From NCBI GenBank assembly GCA_035627655.1, contig DASPLI010000001.1:323355-387354 (forward strand): 64,000 bases of DNA, in the 5' to 3' direction. Of the stretch, positions 59,008 through 64,000 are shown in pieces. The notes beneath the pieces were generated by a model. It saw only the letters and a list, made by a program, of their open reading frames with translations. It was not told the origin of the DNA and did not search any database. The stretch comes from Minisyncoccota bacterium (GTDB taxonomy: Bacteria; Patescibacteriota; Minisyncoccia; Phycocordibacterales; Phycocordibacteraceae). Within the stretch, counting starts at the first letter, position 1. Every line of letters starts with the position of its first letter. The translations under genes and the position numbers were made by a program.

Positions 59008-59385
59008 ATGCCACGACGCAACGAACCCTCGGAAGCTGCTCTCTACGCGCATAAGGAGGCTAAAGCCGCAGTCGAGCTGCTTGAGTTGGAAGGCCGCAAG
59101 GATATTGCTACCGCTATGGATTTTACGGATCTCAACTTGCGTCCGGAGATTGAAGCGGCTGTGCTTGATTTTGCTGCTAAGCGCTATGCGCTTGAAGCGG
59201 AGAAACCGAAAGGCTGGGAGCCGACCGCACAGGAGCGTGCAGATATGCGCGAACATATGACGGCGTACCGGAATCTCACGACTGAAGGCGGCTACGTTAT
59301 TGAGCTTCCGGTCGAACTGGAAGACGGCACGTTCCGTACTGCAACCTTCGTTCTCGGCGTCGACGGGCGCGATATGCTCCACTAA
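59008..59385 (+). CDS. Hypothetical protein
   Basis: TATACT 8 nt upstream of the ATG; host-like codon usage. Confidence 0.65.
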   Translation: MPRRNEPSEAALYAHKEAKAAVELLELEGRKDIATAMDFTDLNLRPEIEAAVLDFAAKRYALEAEKPKGWEPTAQERADMREHMTAYRNLTTEGGYVIELPVELEDGTFRTATFVLGVDGRDMLH

Positions 59386-59408
59386 GGAGTATTGCTATAC
59401 TCGCTCGC

Positions 59409-60278
59409 ATGGAAGACAACCCGCGTCTTGCGGAAATAGAGGCGCTCATGGCCTCGCCGGATTTCTGGGCAGATAAAGACAACGCACAGAAGATTGTGCG
59501 GGAGTATCAAGCGCTCAAGGAGGGTGGCAGCGGAGATCCGCTTGATGACGGAGACGCAACGCTTGCGGTGCTTGCGGGTGCTGGCGGAGACGATGCGGAA
59601 GATTTCGCCGGCATGCTGCTTCGCATGTATGAAGGCTATGCAAAAGCCAAAGGCTGGCAGACCGTTCTCCTTCATGACCATGAGAACGATCACGGCGGAT
59701 ATCGAAACGTGTTGATTGAGGTGCGCGGTGTTGGCGCGTACGGGCGCCTCAAGCACGAATCAGGTGTTCATCGCCTCGTGCGCATCTCTCCTTTTAATGC
59801 AAACGATAAACGGCAAACCTCCTTCGCGATGGTAGAAGTGCTACCGAAGCAGGCGCCAAGCGATGCGATTGAGCTTCGTCCCGAAGATCTGGATATTCAG
59901 TTTGCTCGCTCCGGCGGGGCAGGAGGCCAGAACGTGAATAAGCGCGAGACGGCAGTACGCATCGTACACACGCCCTCTGGTGTTTCCGCGCATGTTTCAA
60001 GCGAGCGTAGCCAGCAGGCCAACCGCGAACGGGCGCTTGAGATTGTGAAGGCAAAACTCTTTGCGATGGAAGAGGCAAAGCGCGAAGCAGAAGCAAAAGG
60101 CCGCTCCATTGCGACCTCTACCGCTAACGAATGGGGAAGTCAGCGCCGCTCGTATGTGCTGCATCCCTACAAAATGGTGAAAGATCATGAAAGCGGGCAT
60201 GAATCCGGCAATCCAGACGGGGTGTTATCAGGAGATTTGGATGATTTTATAGACGCATCGATTGCTTCTGGGGTATAA
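59409..60278 (+). CDS. prfB: Peptide chain release factor 2 (short form)
   Basis: ESGVHRLVRISPF (SPF), GAGGQNVNK and RSYVLHPY.MVKD motifs. Confidence 0.93.
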   Translation: MEDNPRLAEIEALMASPDFWADKDNAQKIVREYQALKEGGSGDPLDDGDATLAVLAGAGGDDAEDFAGMLLRMYEGYAKAKGWQTVLLHDHENDHGGYRNVLIEVRGVGAYGRLKHESGVHRLVRISPFNANDKRQTSFAMVEVLPKQAPSDAIELRPEDLDIQFARSGGAGGQNVNKRETAVRIVHTPSGVSAHVSSERSQQANRERALEIVKAKLFAMEEAKREAEAKGRSIATSTANEWGSQRRSYVLHPYKMVKDHESGHESGNPDGVLSGDLDDFIDASIASGV

Positions 60279-60288
60279 TGCCCCGGTT

Positions 60289-60969
60289 ATGATTCAGTTC
60301 GATCGCGTCACCAAGCATTACCGAGACGGCACACCCGCTCTTGAAGGTGTAACTCTCTCGATTGAACCGAAGGAGTTCATCTCCATCGTCGGCCACTCCG
60401 GTGCCGGCAAAACAACCCTCCTCAAGATGCTGCTTGCAGAAGAGCGTCCGACGGAGGGTACCGTCTTTTATGAAGAGGTAGATATTCATGATCTCCCTCG
60501 TAGCGCGCTGCATCACTACCGCCGGCGCATTGGTACCGTCTTCCAGGACTTCCGCTTGATCCCAAACCGTACTGCCTACGAAAACATCGCCTTTGCCATG
60601 GAGGCGGTCGGCAAGAGCGACGAGGATATCGCCTCAGACGTCCCGTACATCCTTGATCTTGTGGACCTTGGGGACAAGGCAAACCACTTCCCGCACCAGC
60701 TCTCCGGCGGCGAGCAGCAGCGCGTCGCCATTGGCCGCGCAATCATCAATCAGCCGGACCTGATCGTTGCTGACGAGCCGACCGGCAACTTGGATCCGGT
60801 GAACACCTATGACGTCATTGAGATTCTGAAGAAGATCAATGAGCTTGGAACCACCGTGCTCCTGACGACACACAACAAGGGCGTTGTCGATGCGATGGGT
60901 CGCCGCGTTATCACCATGGACAAGGGGAAGGTGATACGCGACGATAAGCACGGCCACTACATCCTATGA
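60289..60969 (+). CDS. ftsE: Cell division ATP-binding protein FtsE
   Basis: [23 protein letters not shown] and ADEPTGNLD motifs; upstream of ftsX. Confidence 0.93.
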   Translation: MIQFDRVTKHYRDGTPALEGVTLSIEPKEFISIVGHSGAGKTTLLKMLLAEERPTEGTVFYEEVDIHDLPRSALHHYRRRIGTVFQDFRLIPNRTAYENIAFAMEAVGKSDEDIASDVPYILDLVDLGDKANHFPHQLSGGEQQRVAIGRAIINQPDLIVADEPTGNLDPVNTYDVIEILKKINELGTTVLLTTHNKGVVDAMGRRVITMDKGKVIRDDKHGHYIL

Positions 60970-61889
60970 TGACCTCCTTCAAGCGCATTTTCATAAACGG
61001 TGCCAAATCTTTTGCGCGAAGCGGTTCGGTCTCTTTTGCGACCGTCCTCATCATGACGGTCACGCTGCTCATTATCGGTCTCCTGATGTTCCTCTCGGCA
61101 GTCCTTGATCACACGCTCTCCGCCATCCGCGACAAGGTGGACGTGAACGTGTACTTCGTCACGACCGCCGCGGAGACGGACATTGTCGCCTTCCAGCGCC
61201 AGCTTGCAGAGATTCCAGAAGTAGAGCGTGTTACCTACACCTCTCGCGACGAAGCACTCCAGGCATTCCGCGAACGACATGCGGGCGACGAGCTCACGCT
61301 CCAGGCCCTTGAAGAGCTTGGCGAGAACCCGCTTGGCGCCTCGCTTGCTATCAAGGCGAACGATCCGAGCCAGTACGCAGCCATCGTTAATTTCATCAGC
61401 AATAATCCGGCAACTGGCCCCGATGGCGCTTCGCTCATTGAGCGCGTGAACTACTTCCAGAACAAGGACGTGATTGACCGGCTTACCGCTGCCATGAACG
61501 CTACCGAGCAAGCAGGGCTCGTGATCGTGCTTCTGTTTGCGCTTGCATCTGCGACGATTGCGTATGCAACGGTACGTCTTGCCATCTATACCTCTCGTGA
61601 TGAGATCGGCGTCATGCGCCTCATGGGTGCTTCCAACATGTTCATTCGCGGTCCGTTTGTGGTCGCCGGCGTTCTCTCGGGAGCGCTTGCGGGCCTTATC
61701 GTGCTGCTGCTTTTCTATCCGTTTGCCTTTACGGTCGGCGGCGCGCTTCGCACATGGCTTGGCGGATTCGATATCTTCGCCTACTACACCGGCAACTTCG
61801 CCCTGTTCTTTATCGTTCTTCTTGGTACCGGCATTGTGCTTGGCGGGCTTGCCAGCTGGTTTGCGGTTCGTAAGTATCTAAAGGTCTAG
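60966..61889 (+). CDS. ftsX: Cell division permease FtsX
   Basis: S.DEAL..F, ENPL.AS and EI.VMRLMGAS..FIRGPF motifs. Confidence 0.92.
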   Translation: MMTSFKRIFINGAKSFARSGSVSFATVLIMTVTLLIIGLLMFLSAVLDHTLSAIRDKVDVNVYFVTTAAETDIVAFQRQLAEIPEVERVTYTSRDEALQAFRERHAGDELTLQALEELGENPLGASLAIKANDPSQYAAIVNFISNNPATGPDGASLIERVNYFQNKDVIDRLTAAMNATEQAGLVIVLLFALASATIAYATVRLAIYTSRDEIGVMRLMGASNMFIRGPFVVAGVLSGALAGLIVLLLFYPFAFTVGGALRTWLGGFDIFAYYTGNFALFFIVLLGTGIVLGGLASWFAVRKYLKV

Positions 61890-61893
61890 CGGT

Positions 61894-63540
61894 ATGGCAA
61901 AAGAAGGACACAAGTACATCTTCGTCATAGGCGGGGTAATGAGCGGCGTCGGTAAGGGAATCGCCGTTTCGTCTATTGGGCTTATTCTCAAGCAGCGCGG
62001 GTATCCGGTGAATCTCGTAAAGATCGATCCGTATCTGAACGTAGACGCTGGCACTATGAATCCAACCGAGCACGGGGAAGTATTCGTGCTCCGTTCCGGT
62101 CTGGAGACGGACCAGGACATGGGCAACTACGAGCGCTTCCTTGGACGCGACCTGACGGCCGAGGACTATATGACCGGCGGCATGGTGTACCAGTCCGTGA
62201 TTGCCGCCGAGCGAGCGCTCAAGTACGGCGGCAAATGCGTGGAAGCTATCCCGCACGTGCGCGACGAGATTCTGAGGCGTATTGAAGCGGCTGCCGAGCA
62301 TAACGGCAGCCGTATTTCCGTTATTGAAATAGGCGGCACAGTGGGCGACTTCCAGAACGCGCTTTTTATCGAAGCCGCACGCGTCCTCAAGATGCAGCAT
62401 CCAGACGATGTAATCTTTGGTCTCGTGTCCTATCTGCCGGTGCCGTCCACCTTGGGTGAGATGAAGACGAAGCCGACGCAGAACGCGGTTCGCGAGCTCA
62501 ACTCTTATGGTGTGCAGCCGGATTTCTTGATTGCGCGCGCCAACTATCCGATTGACGAGAAGCGCAAGGAGAAGATGGCGGTCGCAGTCTCCGTGCGTGC
62601 TGATCGCATTATTTCTGCGCCGGATGTGCATTCTATCTACGACGTACCGCTCAACTTCGAGAAGGATAATATCGGCGACATTCTCCTTGATGCCCTCAAG
62701 CTTCCCAAAGATACGCCAGCAGACCTCTCCGAGTGGGAGCAGTTTGTGAAGAATACGAAGATCGAGTCGCCGGAGGTGAAGATCGGCATTGTCGGAAAGT
62801 ACTTTGATACGGGTGACTACATTCTCTCCGATGCCTATCTTTCCGTGATTGAGGCACTGAAGTTCTCTGCAGCGAAAGTCGGCGTCAAAGCAAAGATTGA
62901 CTGGGTGAACGCCAAAGAGTTCCAGGAAGGGGAGAATCTCGAGAAGCTTGCCGCCTATGACGGCATTCTGGTGCCGGGCGGGTTCGGACAAACAGGTATT
63001 GAAGGAAAGATTCATGCCATTCGCTATGCGCGCGAGAATAAGATTCCGTACTTTGGCCTCTGTTACGGCATGCAGCTTGCGGTGATTGAGTTTGCACGAA
63101 ACGTGCTTGGCATTGCGGACGCGCACACGGTTGAGATTGATCCCAACACCAAAAATCCGATCGTTGACGTCATGCCTGAGCAGATCGACCTGATTGCTTC
63201 CGGCAATTATGGCGGCACCATGCGCCTTGGCGTCTACACCGAAGTCATTACTCCAGGCACGATCGCGCATGAGGCGTATGGCAAGGACGAAGTGGAAGAA
63301 CGTCATCGCCACCGTTATGAGATCAATCCATCGTACGTGAAGCAGCTAGAGGAGGGCGGCATCGTCTTCTCTGGCAAGAGCCCCAATGGCGTGCTGATGG
63401 AAATCGCAGAGCTCCCGAAGGAAGTGCACCCGTTCTTCCTGGGTACGCAGGCGCATCCGGAACTCCAAGCTCGTCCGCTCTCGCCGCACCCGCTCTTTAC
63501 GAAGTTTATCGAGGCAGCAAAAGCGCGAGGAGGAAAGTAA
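61894..63540 (+). CDS. pyrG: CTP synthase
   Basis: GGVMSGVGKG, DPYLNVDAGTMNP.EHGEV, GLCYGMQ, ERHRHRYE and HPE motifs. Confidence 0.97.
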   Translation: MAKEGHKYIFVIGGVMSGVGKGIAVSSIGLILKQRGYPVNLVKIDPYLNVDAGTMNPTEHGEVFVLRSGLETDQDMGNYERFLGRDLTAEDYMTGGMVYQSVIAAERALKYGGKCVEAIPHVRDEILRRIEAAAEHNGSRISVIEIGGTVGDFQNALFIEAARVLKMQHPDDVIFGLVSYLPVPSTLGEMKTKPTQNAVRELNSYGVQPDFLIARANYPIDEKRKEKMAVAVSVRADRIISAPDVHSIYDVPLNFEKDNIGDILLDALKLPKDTPADLSEWEQFVKNTKIESPEVKIGIVGKYFDTGDYILSDAYLSVIEALKFSAAKVGVKAKIDWVNAKEFQEGENLEKLAAYDGILVPGGFGQTGIEGKIHAIRYARENKIPYFGLCYGMQLAVIEFARNVLGIADAHTVEIDPNTKNPIVDVMPEQIDLIASGNYGGTMRLGVYTEVITPGTIAHEAYGKDEVEERHRHRYEINPSYVKQLEEGGIVFSGKSPNGVLMEIAELPKEVHPFFLGTQAHPELQARPLSPHPLFTKFIEAAKARGGK

Positions 63541-63547
63541 TTTAAAG

Positions 63548-63578
63548 GCGCACGGCCGGTCAAAGACCGGCCGTGCGC
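63548..63578 (+). terminator. Hairpin after pyrG
   Basis: gcgcacggccggtc-aaa-gaccggccgtgcgc. Confidence 0.65.
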
Positions 63579-63706
63579 TAAGAGTTAAGCCATAGGCTTT
63601 AGAGCGCCCTAGGTTGCGCTCGTTGAAAGAACAGACGCTGTGCCCTGAAATGCGCGTATAGCGCGTAGCGCTATTTTCTCAAATCAACCATGAAAGGAGC
63701 ATGAAG

Positions 63707-64000
63707 TTAGGTGAAATCCATCGTCACTTCGTGAACGCCTTCATGTTTCGGTTTGTTGAACGCTTCGAGATCTCGTCCGGCAGGAAGCGTAATAGTGACG
63801 GTTGTTCCGCGATGCTGCGCGCTCTGTATAGCCACTGAGCCTTTATGGAGCTTCACGAGCTCTGACACGATCGCAAGTCCAAGGCCCGAGCCACCACCAC
63901 TCATGCGGTTACGAGAGGCATCGCCTCGGTAGAAGGGCTCGAAGATACGGTCCAGATCCTTCTCGGGAATACCCATTCCGTCATCCTGAACCCTGATCTC
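63707..64000 (-). CDS. Sensor histidine kinase, C-terminal HATPase (runs off window end)
   Basis: DDGMGIP..DL.RIFEPFYR and GSGLGLAIV motifs. Confidence 0.9.
   Translation of the reverse strand, partial: EIRVQDDGMGIPEKDLDRIFEPFYRGDASRNRMSGGGSGLGLAIVSELVKLHKGSVAIQSAQHRGTTVTITLPAGRDLEAFNKPKHEGVHEVTMDFT

Noticed and set aside
61810-63312. 500-aa minus-strand ORF
   Set aside because: Antisense shadow of pyrG.

Overview
A GC-rich bacterial genome segment that looks like Patescibacteria/CPR (Parcubacteria-like). This assignment is inferred from the comF-pilMNO-pilB-pilT-pilC-pilin cluster, a shortened RF2 and widespread apparently leaderless genes. The housekeeping backbone comprises recG, malic enzyme, nfi, type IV pilus genes, ligA, gatCA, prfB, ftsEX, pyrG and six tRNAs. 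Four accessory blocks interrupt it. (1) 5.9-9.4 kb: a four-gene ubiquitin-like conjugation operon (coiled-coil+E2-like, JAB peptidase, E1/ThiF, Ubl ending RG-N) next to tRNA-Ser. (2) A repeat-flanked one-gene insert at tRNA-fMet, followed by a stress-gene cluster with two short low-complexity ORFs and an alternative-oxidase-like protein. (3) An ~11 kb large-serine-recombinase island at tRNA-Asp. It carries ~770 nt of non-coding sequence with many helices, GNRA loops and long-range pairings (candidate large structured RNA), a membrane-anchored HNH protein, and a C5 methylase-Vsr-GHKL ATPase-DUF6339-like module with no recognisable restriction enzyme. (4) A patchwork of accessory genes at 46-59 kb, including a tandem-Nudix fusion. 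No CRISPR array or rRNA was seen. All calls come from reading motifs by eye; no database searches or folding programs were run.
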